Positions 26,581 through 38,905 of a DNA stretch of 64,000 bases are shown piece after piece. Source of the stretch: Chrysomallon squamiferum (Eukaryota; Animalia; Mollusca); the NCBI GenBank assembly GCA_012295275.1, contig CM022675.1:17464440-17528439 (forward strand), written 5' to 3'. A program made the translations under genes and the position numbers. The notes below the pieces were generated by a model. The model did not search any database. It worked only from the letters and a program-made list of their open reading frames with translations, and was not told where the DNA came from. Position 1 is the first letter of the stretch; each line of letters opens with the position of its first letter.

Positions 26581-29500
26581 AGACAGTTAAAAAAATAAAT
26601 ATTTTCAGTTAGTGTATGTAATCATTGTTTTGGTTAAGAGTGCTAAGAATTTTGAGAAAATAAGAAATCAAAATAAACAAATTCAAATCTTAATAATAAA
26701 ATATCATTTGTTTATTAAAAATATACAAGATGTAAGAGTTATTGCATACTTGAACAATAATCAACAGTTATCACAATGGTAGACACAATGGTGAAATATA
26801 TATAATATATATATGTTATATGATAAGCTATCAAATGGGCAACAATAATATTTGTTATGAACTAATTGTATATAATTTAATTGAGTTAATTCATAAATTT
26901 TGGTATCAGGACTGCATTTTTCCTATATGGTGATTATGTATTTTCAAATAATTTTATTAAATTCAAACAGGTCATGGTTCGGGTGATCAATCTAGAAACC
27001 AAACACGAATGGATCTGGCCAAAAGAGAAATTTCTCAACAGGAAATTTCTCATGCAGGAAATGTATCAGAACTATCTGGAGGGTGAAGGCTGGGATGTCC
27101 CAGAGGTTGTTCTTAGAAATTGTTAAAATTAGAACACAAGTTAAACATTTTCAAAAAATTGATTTAGACAATTACCACAGTCTTTGTTTAAATAACATGT
27201 ATGGATACAACATTTGTAAATATTATCATTTATTTACGTCTTTTCAGTTTCTTCTTGATTATTTATTTCAAAAATATTTTTTCTTATTCTTATTTTAATT
27301 ATTATTAATTATTTACTTACAATATTTTTAAACAGTAATTTATTTAGTTATTTATTTATAATTTTGTATTATTATATTTAGTAAATTTATTTTTAATAAA
27401 ATTTAATTCATTTTGTAGATATTTTTTAAATACTATTTTCATTTCTTATTATTATTATTGTTATTTATTTATTCTTTTACTACTTCTTTTCTTATTATTT
27501 ATTTTTTTTTTTTTTTTTTTTTTTTTTGTTCTATTATTGTTTTACTTTTGATGAAGTAAAGTCATTCTGAATTTTGTTTTTATTAAATAAAATAAAATTT
27601 GCTAATATTTAAAATTAATAATATATTTCACATATAAACACAGTCATTTACTTTGATGTTTTTAATTTTGCAGGACTCTTCAGATGTTATTGTAAATATT
27701 TAATATTTTTCTGGTCAATATTAAATTTTGCTCTAACTTACATCTGCTGTTTTAGCTTTAAATATAACTGACTAGATTTCTTTATCTTATTGTGATGTGA
27801 TTTGTTCTTGTGAATGTTTTTACATTACATAAAATATTAGAATTGATTATATTCATTACCGTATCGGAATACTAAAATATTTGAAGTGATAGGAAGTAGG
27901 TTTGTATTTTAAACATTATCTAAAACTGTTTAATTACTGTAATGTCAGTTTAAAGAGCAGATTTACTGAGAAACAAATGAAGCTTGAGGCCCACAAGTGA
28001 TTTTAGTCATCTAAAATGCATTGTGAAACATTTCTTCCAAATATTTGTAAGCAAAGCCCAGCTGAAATATTCCCCAGTATTATAACTATACTTAAGCTGT
28101 ATTTGACAGTGCTTATCACAAACCATGAAACAGAAAGGAATGTTTTTAAAAAAAAAAAGATGCACATGAAAATAATAAATTTTTGTCTATCATGACTGAA
28201 GGTTGCTTAAATTCTTTATGCATATTGTCTCTAGAAAATGACATTGCAAGGCAGTTCTAACATGATAAACCCTGAAAAAAGAGTACTTTGTAAAATTTGT
28301 TACATGTAAATATATTTTTATATGTATTTAAAACATAACATTACTAACTGCAGTCATAATTCTGTGATGCATCATGCCTGCATATAACATTTGACTAATT
28401 TTCATTGCCGTTAATTTGAAAACTTTTATAAATATTTATTCACACCAGAAACTTAATGTGAGATAATTCAATACTGAAATTTTCAAACAAGTTGTGATAA
28501 TCTGTCATGGAATAATCTCATTAAAAAAAGTAGCTGTGGTTATCTTGGTTTTCATTACTGAAAAATTAAAGCCCCCCACTGGACAGATTTGGAATAGCTA
28601 ATAAAATGACCCATATGAGTAGTTGATATGTGCAGATTTAATTTAGAAAAATGCCTAGGTAATTAACTGATTATCTTCTGAATTAAGGTTTAGTTACAGT
28701 AATAGGGTTGCTTTGTGATAGATTATTTCACTAACAACCTACTGATGAAAGAGTCTTAACTAATCTGATCACACTAACTAAAATGATCACACCAGGAACT
28801 AAATTTAGTTACATATGAGGTTTAACTAATATCATGCAAAATAAACATTATAAGAAAGGAAAAAACATATAAACATGCATACACACATATAATAATAATA
28901 ATTAAATGAAGATTATTTATTTCTTGAAAATATTTTATTTTTAAAAATGAGTACCAGTAGTCATAAAATTGTATTTCTTATGTCTTCTTTTTAAAAGAAC
29001 GTGAGTGCATTAAATGCTATCTTCATTTGGTATATAACCCTGTTTTATTTAGGATATATTTTCATCTACATATTTTAGATATATATATTTTTATAATAGT
29101 TTAAATATTTATCATGAAAGGGAATAAGCAAACAAACAAAAAAGACATGGCCACAGTCATATTAGATTAGTAATAAATCATCCATTTACCTCAGTAATAA
29201 TGTACTAGCATCTATTAGGAATAAATTTATTTCTTCAGGTTGCTTAATAATAAATTTTAATATATATATTTTGATCATTCTTTATTGTTTTCTTGTAAAT
29301 AGTGATATCTAAGAAACAAAAAAAAAAAAAAAACAAACAGTTATAATTTCAAGGCAAGCATTATTTTATCACATGTGTAAAATGAATGGATCACCGTACA
29401 GACAGTATTAAGTAGGCATTATCATAATAATTAAAAACATAGTTTAATGTTAACTTGCAAAATTAAAATGAATATAAATATTAAAATAAAACTAAATTAA

Positions 29501-30961
29501 TTGATTAACAAATATTTATATAAATATTAAAAAATATATACATAAATATTCTACATTACATTTATGCTGTTGTTCTTTCAGGCACGAGATCCCTTTGCTG
29601 AGGACTATGAAGCAGAATTTCACATTGGCAGTGTCAAATTCTGGCTGCAATCACTGGCTTATATTGTAAGAAGTTTAAAATACAATTAAACTGGTGCTTA
29701 TATACATACACACCATCAGAGATTTAAACTTTCAACAAAAAAGTTTAATTTCGTAAACAAATATTTATAAAGAAACTTCAATTAGAATCATAATTTTACT
29801 AAATTTATAAACAATAACTCTTCATATTTTTAGGGGTTCTATATTTTAAACTTTAATTTTTATTGTTGGCTATTCATTATGGAATCAGTTCTGAAGAACC
29901 TCAGTTTATTCCAGTTTTGTTTATTTTTTTTTAGTTTACTAGAAGAATTAATGCAATATGATGAGTTTATATTTAACCAATGTCTTTAGATAAGTATTTT
30001 TGGAAAAATTGTGCTGTTTCATGCATTCACATAGCATGGCATCTTTCCTGAAAATACACGAGGCTTCATCTCTCACAATTTTCCCATTCATACAAGATGG
30101 TTACATCTAAAAGAGTATGGACTTCTCTTGAAAATAATGTTTTCGTTTTTTAAATTGATCAAATCTTTGTTTCTGAACTGAAAACTTTTTACCTTTTTGC
30201 CAAAAAATCCCTCAACAAGTATTCGTTTTGAAAAGAGCAATTTCTGCTCTATTAAACGGCATGAATTAATTCAGTGGAAATGAACTTTAACAGCAATGTA
30301 TGATCTCACTAAGCAAGTGTATAATTTGTGGAGGAAACTATGAGTGACAGATGATTATTATGAGATTTACCTTGAAAATAACAGAATGATGTGATGGGGC
30401 AAAAAAAACTGTTTTCTTTTTTTACTCTCCCGTTCTTAAAAAATACTCATATTTTTAGTTCAAGAAAATTGATGTAAGTGATTCCAAGGGAGGTAATTTG
30501 TGATTGCTGTGTTGCAGATTTTAACTAATTTGAGTTTAAATTTAACATGAGCTTGTTTTTGTATCTATGTTTCAGTTTATGCTGTTGAATAATTGCATGA
30601 TAAATCTTATGATTTAAAAAGTATCAATCTGAAGGAAATGAATAAAAAAAAATATTTTGGTGAGGACTATAAATTGACACATGCTGAAAGTTGGTAATGC
30701 CCTTGAGAAATACAAATAGAAATATGAATAGCTTTATATGTATATTGCTATGTTAGAAATAGCTTTTTTGAAAAGATATATATAACACAGGAAAAACTAT
30801 CAGTAATTATTTCAAGATGACATTTTGGGTACCAGTACTTACTTTAGACTTTTTATAATGTTTTCTAGATTGAATCAAAGGAACAGTTGGAAATTACTGA
30901 TTTCAAAGGACAGGAAGTCGGTCTGTTGAATGTAAGCAAATTAAAATTGATCTGTTTATAA

Positions 30962-31003
<42 letters not shown>

Positions 31004-34000
31004 CTAAGGCATTTTTCCCCCTGGATATTTCCTCCCAGTCAATTGCCCCAGTCATTTCCCCTCTGGTCATTTTCCCCCAGGTCATTTTTCATTATTCCCA
31101 AATTTAAGCAATGTTTGGCCCCTCAGAAAAACGTTATTAATGACTTAGATATTTGACAGCTAAAACAGGTGGGAATTGTCATGGGAGGGAAATGACCTAG
31201 GGGGAAATGATTGGGTGGAATATCTGGGAGGAAATGCTCTGACACCATGTATACATATATATATATATTTCTTTCTCTTTGTTAACTGAAACATTGTCTG
31301 AGGAATCTTAAATATTGATATCTTTAATAACATCTCTTATTACTTATTTACATGAAATTATATATTTTGAGCTGAAGATTTTTATCCACATTATAACATA
31401 GAGAACAATATTTAAAAAAAATAACAGAATTAAAATGTCAGGGTATTTGCAAATTTTGCTGCCATCAGTGTATCTGTGATAAGGACAAATGGGGATTATG
31501 AATTTCAGGTTGAATGCATACCTTGTGATGAGAAAGGGAAGGAGTACACAGAAAATGATGACATTTTTGTAGATGATCCTAAAGAATTGGTTGGAAAACA
31601 AATTTGTTTTAATGTGAAGATTCTGAATGCTCGAGGATTACCAAACAAGTTTACAGTATGTTTAATATTATATATTATATATTTTTTCAAGTTGTCACCT
31701 AATATCAAACTAAGTTACACTTTAAAGCTTTCCCAATTTTGAATGATGTGACTGGAGATAATGTGGAGCTATGATATATAAAACTGCACTTAGCCTTTCT
31801 CTGTATCTGTTTTTCAGTTTTTTCTATGGAATTTTAATATTCATAATGTAACAAATATATTTACTTATTTTTTCCCTTTTTTTTTCTTTTTTTCAGGATA
31901 TCTATGCAAAGTATTTAGTATACCATGAAACAAAGTATGTTGAGACAAATAAAGTAAAGAATACATGCAACCCTGACTGGAATCACACCTATATGTACAA
32001 AAACCTGAAAACTGATGGAGAGGTGCAATATTTATCTTTATTTTCAGCTATTTATTCACTGATTATAAACAAACAGCATATATGCTTTATATATTTTGAA
32101 GTCAATGACTTATGGTACAGGTATAATATATCAACATTTCAAATTAAGATAAAACAGTTTAAATGTTTTCAAGTGAACTTTAAAATCAGGTTCTATGTCA
32201 GACTTCATTATTCTAGGCTACATTGTGATACAGGCATGTTCTTTGAATGGTCAGGTGTCAAGGAGGAGGACATTTTGTCACAATTTTCAGAAATCACAAC
32301 AAACTTTTGGAATTTTGCAGTGATTTACTTTGTCTGTGAAAAAGAACAATATTAGCCTTCTTGTATTAGCTTGTAAATTTATTATCACACTTTATTATTA
32401 TTGGCAAAGTTTGGCTGTAAGCATATATAAACAAACAGTGAATTGTGATTATATACACCTTTTTCAGAAGTATAGTCTAGCAGTATGGTTGATTTACTGT
32501 TTTCTAGGCCTGGTTATGAGTATGTTTAATGGTGTTCTATTTTGATTGCAGTTCATTGATTATCTGTGTAACAGCGCCATAATGATTCAAATCTGGGGTA
32601 AACAAAAACCACCCAAGAAGAAAAAGCAGGTGAACACAAAAGCTATCATGATGGCTGAAGCTGCACAGAAAGGACAGATTGCTGTTGCAGCAAACACAAA
32701 TGTTAAGGTATGATTAGAAATAGGCAAGGAAAAACAGTGTAAAAACAGCATGTGAATGTATATCTTTTATGCACATGTTTCTATAAACAGAAAATTACTT
32801 AACCAGTTATTGAAGAAAGTGTGAATCAATTACAGTGACTACCCACATCTTTTAATTAGCAAACATAAACTTTCAGTTAAGTTAAAACCAATCATTGTTG
32901 AGCACGTGGCTAGGTGATGATAACCTTATTTGATGGGCATTAAGAATCAAACCTTAACTGTGCTCATAAACTTGTATCCCCCACCCTGCCCTGTGCCTGG
33001 TGATTTTTCTATCAGATTCACCTGAGTATGTAAAGAATGTAATACTTTGTTTTATTTTAGAGATTTGATGCTGAGAAGGTGAAGTACATGATGGAATCAG
33101 CAATGTTGAAAAAACGGCAATTACAGATGGAAATCAGACTGGTTGGTTTCCTTTATTGAAATTGTTTATTTTAATTATATTTCCTCTGTATAACCATTTT
33201 ACTGTATAACAAATGTATGTTTAATAATAAACTGGAAAATAATTTTTAAAAATTTGTTTAACTGGAAAAAATATGGAGTATTTTGTTGCCTTTTAATTTT
33301 TAATTTATTTTTTTTAAAACTCTTTATTATCTGCATTTTTTCCTCTATGTTCTTGAGATGCAAAAGAAAATTAATATTTGATAGCTAATAATGTTTATAT
33401 TTGGTAATGGTTATTTGTCATTTTCCTTCTGAGATACTAATGGAAATGAGTTAAATGTGTGAGCTGCACATTAAGTTATATTCAATTTGTGTCATATATC
33501 ATTTTAATACATAATAAATATGTTTTTCTTTTTCAAATTATTATATAAATTATTGTTCTTTTGAAAATACATTTACAGTTTTGTAAATATTTAGCCAAAT
33601 ATGTCACAAATAATGAAACAAAAATAACACTAATAATGGTTTTACCATGTTTTCAATTATTTCAGAAATCTATGAAGAAAATGCTTGATTTGGCAGAACA
33701 GTTCAAGAAGAAAAAGTTGTCTACATCACTGATCAGAAGCATCTATAATGCATCCACAAATGATGCGGCAGAGAAGTGTCTGAAGCTGATTGAAAAGGAG
33801 AAAGGTAAATAGTGGTAGGTGTCTTTCACACACAGTGACATCAATATCAGTGTCTAAAAATACACAGATTATATAGCTTCCTACTTACACCTTACTCTAA
33901 ACAAACTATGATATTGTGGTCTTACTGCTATGTTTTACAGAGTAAAAGTAAAATATTTTGGTACTTCATAAAAAAATATGGGTATCATTCTCAATGGATC

Positions 34001-36258
34001 ACACGCATTGTATGCCTAATTTAGAATATTACTAGTTAAACAAAAAAATATTTCACAATAATTCAGATTATATCATTTTTGATATTCCTATTTTAATGGC
34101 GTAAACTATGTACTAGTCTGTATTAACAATTTGTTTTGTATTTATACCTACAAATTTTAATAAAATACAAATATTGAAATTATGAGAACACAAATAAATA
34201 TACAAATAAGTGGCAACTATACAAAAGCATATAACCATATATTTACAGTGTTTTTGTGTTCCAAGAAAATATCTTCAAAATTAAATAGTATTTTTGGATT
34301 TATAATGACATAAATGATACAAAAGTATATAAAGTATCAAAATCAATGAGATTAGACAAAATAGATAATGACAGAAAAATTGATGGCATAATCAATAAAG
34401 TATAGGAATATTAATGAACAGAGCACTATAAAATAATTTAATTATCACTTCTTTATGTATCACATAAAGATGTCTAGAGGTGAAACTTTCTGATTAATGA
34501 AAGGAAAATGAACAAAACTATTAAGATTGCTGATTACTTATGCAATTTTCCATAGAAAGCAATGCACATACCATAGCCATTCATACACAGCTATGTAACA
34601 CTGACAGTTATGAGAAACAATCTGTTTGTAGAATAAATAAAATAGATTTTAACACTTTGAGAATGCCTTAATACTTATAATGTTATGGTAAGATGACAAC
34701 AATGGCAGTGATGATCTAGATCATATCCAGGTTGTTGTGGAAAACCCAGCATCACCATCATCATCACTGAGGTTATCTCAAATAGTTTGTTGTTGGAGAA
34801 AAAAAAAAGACAGTTTTAAGTTTCAGTAAGTTAAGGTGATTAAACAACTTTTTCCAGGCATTATTAACATATATAATATATATTGTGAGCTTTGAGCCAA
34901 GCAGGTATTTGGAGTGTGAGGAATATCTCATAAGAACCATCTTAGTTTTCAATCATTGTTTTATTGATGTTTTTTCCCCAACATTTTTGAAGATGATAGG
35001 AAATGGACAGAATTCGGCAGAACTGAGATGGTGGGTGAGGACATTTAGGACATCCATGAAATTGCCATTGTTTCTACTCCACACTATTATAAAATACAAC
35101 AAACACCTTTTTTGAAGAGAGTGATATATTAATACTGAAGAAAACATTTTCATTATGTGTGTGCATAACCACTATTATGTAGGCAGCATTAAAAAATAGT
35201 TTGAAGAGTTAAAAAAAGAGAAAAAGGTTTTGGTGCAAAATCATCTTTGTCACTGTCCTTACAGAATGGTTGTAGCATTTTCCCAGGAACATATAAATAA
35301 CAAAAGTACTTCAGATAAATATTAGCTGGAAAAATATAGATTTATAGAGGGTGTCCCAGTTCTTCCTTGTTCGTTCTTCCTGCTCTTCCTATATTTGTGC
35401 TGTTTGGTCTTCAGCATGTCATAATACTTTTAAATAACAATTACATTAGAGAGAAAACAAAAACCTACATGCCCCTACATACACACATCAGCATTGATTT
35501 TCTATCGTATTCAGTAATATTATTTTCATTTATAAGTTTGTAATAATAAGCTTAATAAAATTAAATCTTATGTGCATTTTGTGTATTTTCATTATTATAT
35601 ACCTAACTTTTATGACTGGAAACAAATGTGCTTAATAATAATAGTTCTGACTTCATAATGATATTTTATGTTTATGGAAAACTGTCATCATTTATTTAAT
35701 AGCATATTAGAAAACAAATGTAGTTGATCTGTTCTTTTGTTATGTAAATACATTTATCTTAATATTATATCAACTTCACAGTAAGTTAATCATTTAAATT
35801 CTTATGATTAATATTTAAATATATATATGTAGTTCCAAAGTTATGTACCATCAGTTTGTTTCTGTAATTGGTATCTAACTTGATGACTATTCTAAACTGT
35901 TCAGAAATAGATAAAATGATATTATTATTATTTATTTTAGTAATCCTAACTTAAAATAATCCTAATGATGTTTTATATAATTATTTCATAGACAGTTAGC
36001 ATTGAGAAAAAAATAAAATGTTCACCACTTTATGATAGTTACCATCATGTAGTAACAGTATGTAATGTTTTTTTTTTTTTTTTCACAGACGACAGTGATG
36101 ATGACAGCAGCAGTAGCAGTAGCAGTGAAGAAGAAGATGTCAGAACAATAAAGCAAGCAAAGGGAAAAAAAAAATCAGAATCTAGACAACAAACAGCACT
36201 AAAGAGTTCTGGCTCATTGAAGTCTGATAAACAAACAAAATTTTGCATTCTTCTGTAA
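7920..36258 (+). CDS. KIF28: Kinesin-3 family motor, KIF28/KLP-6-like (motor, coiled coil, FHA, C2-like region, tail); 24 exons, 1016 aa
   Basis: join(7920-7964,11561-11767,12116-12248,12690-12769,13377-13488,13857-13968,18781-18888,20725-20926,21244-21304,21743-21904,23513-23637,24044-24216,24417-24548,25528-25676,26228-26376,26971-27105,29582-29665,30869-30931,31509-31655,31897-32022,32552-32707,33061-33141,33666-33804,36089-36258) = 3051 nt, open throughout with consistent phases. Motifs: [79 protein letters not shown]. The ortholog call rests on architecture and size. Confidence 0.88.
7965..11560 (+). other. U12-type (minor spliceosome) AT-AC intron, 3596 bp
   Basis: 5' end ATATCCTCTT, branch site TCCTTAAC at 11544-11551, 3' end ...TCCTAC. 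Removal joins RVRPF|NKRE in frame. Confidence 0.93.
9685..9815. repeat. Compound microsatellite (TTTTTA)n-(ATT)n
   Basis: Seen directly. Similar (ATT)n tracts lie at 8625-8697 and 37213-37260, and (TA)n tracts at 21147-21183, 44924-44972 and 48356-48382. Confidence 0.9.
11561..11767 (+). CDS. KIF28: Kinesin exon 2
   Basis: [15 protein letters not shown]...[12 protein letters not shown]...KFADQ|gtaata. Confidence 0.92.
12116..12248 (+). CDS. KIF28: Kinesin exon 3 (P-loop)
   Basis: KKVFNDLG...[31 protein letters not shown] bounded. Confidence 0.93.
12690..12769 (+). CDS. KIF28: Kinesin exon 4
   Basis: [17 protein letters not shown]...TEFE, AG/GT bounded. Confidence 0.9.
13377..13488 (+). CDS. 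KIF28: Kinesin exon 5
   Basis: [17 protein letters not shown]...[12 protein letters not shown]. Confidence 0.92.
13545..13741 (+). repeat. Intronic minisatellite, ~40-bp unit, ~5 copies
   Basis: taaacttagtggtatatgttaatttata... recurs at ~40-bp spacing and is followed by a (CA)n tract. Confidence 0.85.
13857..13968 (+). CDS. KIF28: Kinesin exon 6 (switch I start)
   Basis: [37 protein letters not shown]. Confidence 0.92.
15719..15842. repeat. ~120-bp dispersed repeat, copy 1 (kinesin intron 6)
   Basis: Highly similar to 19730-19852: gaaaaact...catattgttcc.tactagtcatttta..tggagaaaagaaa.cacagaaaagaga.attacac...acaatataattt. Confidence 0.85.
16720..16872. repeat. Degenerate hexamer repeat resembling (TAACCC/TAAACC)n
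   Basis: taaacctaaaactaatccttaacctaattctaaatctgaaaat... with 6-bp periodicity. Confidence 0.55.
17600..18155 (-). mobile_element. Decayed LINE (RTE-like) 3' remnant
   Basis: GC-richer block. Broken minus-strand frames ([10 protein letters not shown]..., QKL*RR..., ...HVL..., DRSTMV) resemble the post-RT region of RTE/L2-type LINEs. Recognition is weak. Confidence 0.35.
18781..18888 (+). CDS. KIF28: Kinesin exon 7 (switch I/II)
   Basis: [15 protein letters not shown]...[11 protein letters not shown]. Confidence 0.93.
19730..19852. repeat. ~120-bp dispersed repeat, copy 2 (kinesin intron 7), embedded in (TG)n
   Basis: Matches 15719-15842 and is flanked on both sides by TG runs. Confidence 0.85.
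20725..20926 (+). CDS. KIF28: Kinesin exon 8
   Basis: [31 protein letters not shown]...[24 protein letters not shown]. Confidence 0.94.
21244..21304 (+). CDS. KIF28: Kinesin exon 9
   Basis: [20 protein letters not shown]. Confidence 0.93.
21743..21904 (+). CDS. KIF28: Kinesin exon 10 (neck)
   Basis: [33 protein letters not shown] (kinesin-3 neck coil). Confidence 0.93.
22100..22570 (+). mobile_element. Possible Penelope-like (GIY-YIG C-terminal) remnant
   Basis: [16 protein letters not shown] (22283-22337) resembles the E..WI..L.T..P.GLN motif that ends Penelope ORFs. The rest is decayed. Confidence 0.35.
22770..23105 (+). repeat. Intronic minisatellite, ~45-bp degenerate unit, ~7 copies
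   Basis: Recurrent aaacaaatacctgaaat(g/t)taa.a.aacatta.ttac.tggaaca. Confidence 0.8.
23513..23637 (+). CDS. KIF28: Kinesin exon 11 (coiled coil)
   Basis: [42 protein letters not shown]|gtgagt. Confidence 0.88.
24044..24216 (+). CDS. KIF28: Kinesin exon 12 (FHA start)
   Basis: ...[25 protein letters not shown]...[14 protein letters not shown]. Confidence 0.9.
24417..24548 (+). CDS. KIF28: Kinesin exon 13 (FHA)
   Basis: [13 protein letters not shown]...[19 protein letters not shown]. Confidence 0.9.
25528..25676 (+). CDS. KIF28: Kinesin exon 14
   Basis: [15 protein letters not shown]...[15 protein letters not shown]. Confidence 0.9.
26228..26376 (+). CDS. KIF28: Kinesin exon 15
   Basis: [43 protein letters not shown]. 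Confidence 0.9.
26971..27105 (+). CDS. KIF28: Kinesin exon 16
   Basis: [35 protein letters not shown]. Confidence 0.9.
27950..28262 (+). mobile_element. hAT transposase C-terminal dimerization-domain remnant (Tip100/ZMYM1-like)
   Basis: [28 protein letters not shown], then after a frameshift [28 protein letters not shown]. This matches the FP...LTLPVT...ERSFS...KN.LRSTM...RLN.L..LSIE hATC pattern. Confidence 0.75.
29582..29665 (+). CDS. KIF28: Kinesin exon 17
   Basis: [28 protein letters not shown]. Confidence 0.9.
30869..30931 (+). CDS. KIF28: Kinesin exon 18
   Basis: [21 protein letters not shown]|gtaagc. Confidence 0.9.
31008..31246. mobile_element. Non-autonomous DNA element with inverted arrays of ~15-bp subterminal repeats
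   Basis: The left arm repeats (g)gtcattt(t)cccc and ggatatttcctccc. The right arm carries the complements gggaaatgacc and ggaatatctgggaggaaatgc. Confidence 0.75.
31509..31655 (+). CDS. KIF28: Kinesin exon 19
   Basis: [49 protein letters not shown]. Confidence 0.9.
31897..32022 (+). CDS. KIF28: Kinesin exon 20 (C2-like)
   Basis: [30 protein letters not shown]. Confidence 0.88.
32552..32707 (+). CDS. KIF28: Kinesin exon 21
   Basis: [25 protein letters not shown]...NVK|gtatga. Confidence 0.88.
33061..33141 (+). CDS. KIF28: Kinesin exon 22
   Basis: [27 protein letters not shown], ttttag acceptor. Confidence 0.82.
33666..33804 (+). CDS. KIF28: Kinesin exon 23
   Basis: [29 protein letters not shown]...IEKEK G|gtaaat. 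Confidence 0.82.
34930..35080 (-). mobile_element. Possible mariner transposase relic
   Basis: [22 protein letters not shown] weakly resembles mariner VL.HPPYSPDLAPSDF.LFP.LK. Confidence 0.25.
36089..36258 (+). CDS. KIF28: Kinesin terminal exon 24 ending in CaaX (CILL*)
   Basis: Strong poly-T/cacag acceptor, phase 1. Reads [62 protein letters not shown] at 36411 and 36652. Confidence 0.82.
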
Positions 36259-37211
36259 TCTAATGTTATAGCAGAGAAAAAAGGCAAAATATTTTTGAAC
36301 ATGTACATATCCGTTTATTTGTTTCTTACTGATATTTTTTATTTTTATTTCTTTTTTTATTACTGTCCGAGTTGTCCTGAATATAATATGAACTATTTAA
36401 TTTATTTCTGAATAAATATCTACACACTTTTTTTTTTGTTTATGTCTGTACAACATTCATTGTTAGCAGATACCATTGCTCATCTTGGATGTTTCCAAAT
36501 ATTTGCAATAATATTTCAATATTGTAACATTTTTCTTATTATATTTGCTGTGATGCTATGTTTCAGTTTTGTTGTAAACCACAAACATCTATACTATATC
36601 TTGATTTGTTTCTGAAACAGTTTGTTAATGTATTGATTAAAATTAATTATAAATAAATGCCATTTAAATTTCTTATTTCTTATTTCTTATTCTGCGTTGA
36701 AACTAACCATTTTCTGTTTAAAAATATTAAAAGGTTTTTAAATATGAAAGCGTACATTTATTAAGTATATAGCAGTGTAAATTATTCTTTTTCTATTTAT
36801 ATCAAAGTGTGCTCTGTTGCTTTACTAGCAGATTTTATCAGAAAATGTTTATCATGAATATGTACATACATTATTAATTAGAATAATGAAAGCACGTAAC
36901 TAAAATTAATTTTAATGAATAATGTTTTACTTTTTTCATTTAGTCACTTGCAAATCCATTTCAGAAATAATTGTTTAAATATTTTATTTGTAGTTAACTG
37001 GTAATAAAATATAAATTATTATTGCAAGACAACAACCACTAAGATAATCAGAAAATAAACTATTCTTTTCTTTGAAAATATTTCCTTCTATTTTCTTTCT
37101 GTGTAACAAATCACAGCACTGGAAAAATTTTGCATCTTTAAAGCTAACACCTAAAATGTTGCCATTTACCTCTACATTATATTTAAGTAATTTATTTTAT
37201 TTTTTTAATTA

Positions 37212-37258
<47 letters not shown>

Positions 37259-38427
37259 TAATATGTTAATAAAAATAATCAAAAATAACATTGTAACTAA
37301 ATAATTTCACATAATTTAACGAAGAAATGATAATGTTCACAATGTAACAAAAGAGAAACTGAAATTATTTTCAGAAAGAAATTCATCATATTTTCGTTTA
37401 TCTTATACATTATATTAGGTAATTTTTTTAATTTTTTTTTTTTTTTTTTTTTATTTAATTTTTTTTTATTATTTAATAATAAAAATATTAAAAAATAATA
37501 TTGTAACTACAGAAAGAAATGATAATATTGAAAATGTGACAAACTGAAATTGATTTGAAAACAATTTTAAATTTAATAACAATTTTTTTTTCAATGTCTG
37601 CAAAACAAAAATATATTATGTTTTTCTTTTTTTCCATTCCTTGTTATATTTAAAATTTATTTGTTGATTACAGTTATAAATATTTTAAATGACTCAAATC
37701 ATTGCCATTTGGTCCTGTTTTGTAATAGTTATAATTTCAGCTTTTTGTATTATTTATTCATTACTAAACAATACAGCATTAACTAGCATTAAATAATCAT
37801 AAAGAAAAATTTTTATGACAAAACTCATCATTGTTTCATTTTAGTTTCTTTATTGTCATCATCTAAATAATCAATTTAGAATTATTTTCAGATAGTCAGA
37901 CTATTTTTATCTACCCCTTCACTCAAAGAAAAAAAAAGCTGCTATTTAATTTGATATCCAATTTAATTTAAAAAACAAACAACTAAAAATCATATTTTAT
38001 CTTGCATAGATGATTATCTCATGATTTGAAATTGTAAGTTAATGGTAATAGAAACTAACTGCCTTACACCATGGAAGGTGCTTCCACCAAAATTATTTAT
38101 TTAAAATAGGCCTGTTTGATTTAAAGCAGTAATTAGTAAATCTATAATGAAGTATGGATATCTGATCCATTATTAATGTATATAATTTTGTGTATCCAGT
38201 TGCCCAGTTGATTCTTTTTGTTTTTGTTTTTTGTTGTTGTTTTTTTGGTTGTTGTTATTGTTAGTTAACAGCCAAAGATAACAATAAACTGAAGAGGTAA
38301 AATGGAGATGGACATTTTCTCTCTTTAGTGATATAATTTCATATCTTAAATTTAAGTTTTAGAAAAAAAAACTTAGAATGAATTATTGTATAATGTCAGG
38401 TAATTAATTTTATTTATTTATTTTTTC

Positions 38428-38460
<33 letters not shown>

Positions 38461-38681
38461 AAAAAGTAGATGTCTTTTTCACAAACAGGTTATTTTATGA
38501 TTGTTATATACTTTGTCTTTTCTTAAATATTGCATATTTCAATGTTTTTAGCTGTTGTGTGCAATGTTAAAACAACTCAGCCATTCATAGTTACAAGATT
38601 TATTTGAATGTGAAGCATGCATTGTTAAAAGATTTTGAAATTGTATATTGTTCTTTTTTTTTTTTAATTTTGAAAATTATT

Positions 38682-38712
<31 letters not shown>

Positions 38713-38905
38713 TATTTATATTTTTGAGCTTCTGAAATAGTGATGGCTTAGCTTTTAACTGGTCCATTATACCAAAAGTTTATTTTAATAGATGCATAGC
38801 ATAAATGTCCTTACTGTGGATACAGAAGTAAAATAAAATTGCGTAAAACATTATGTGTGATCAACCTAAACAACAGAGTAAAACACTGCCATTTTGACCA
38901 GTTAC

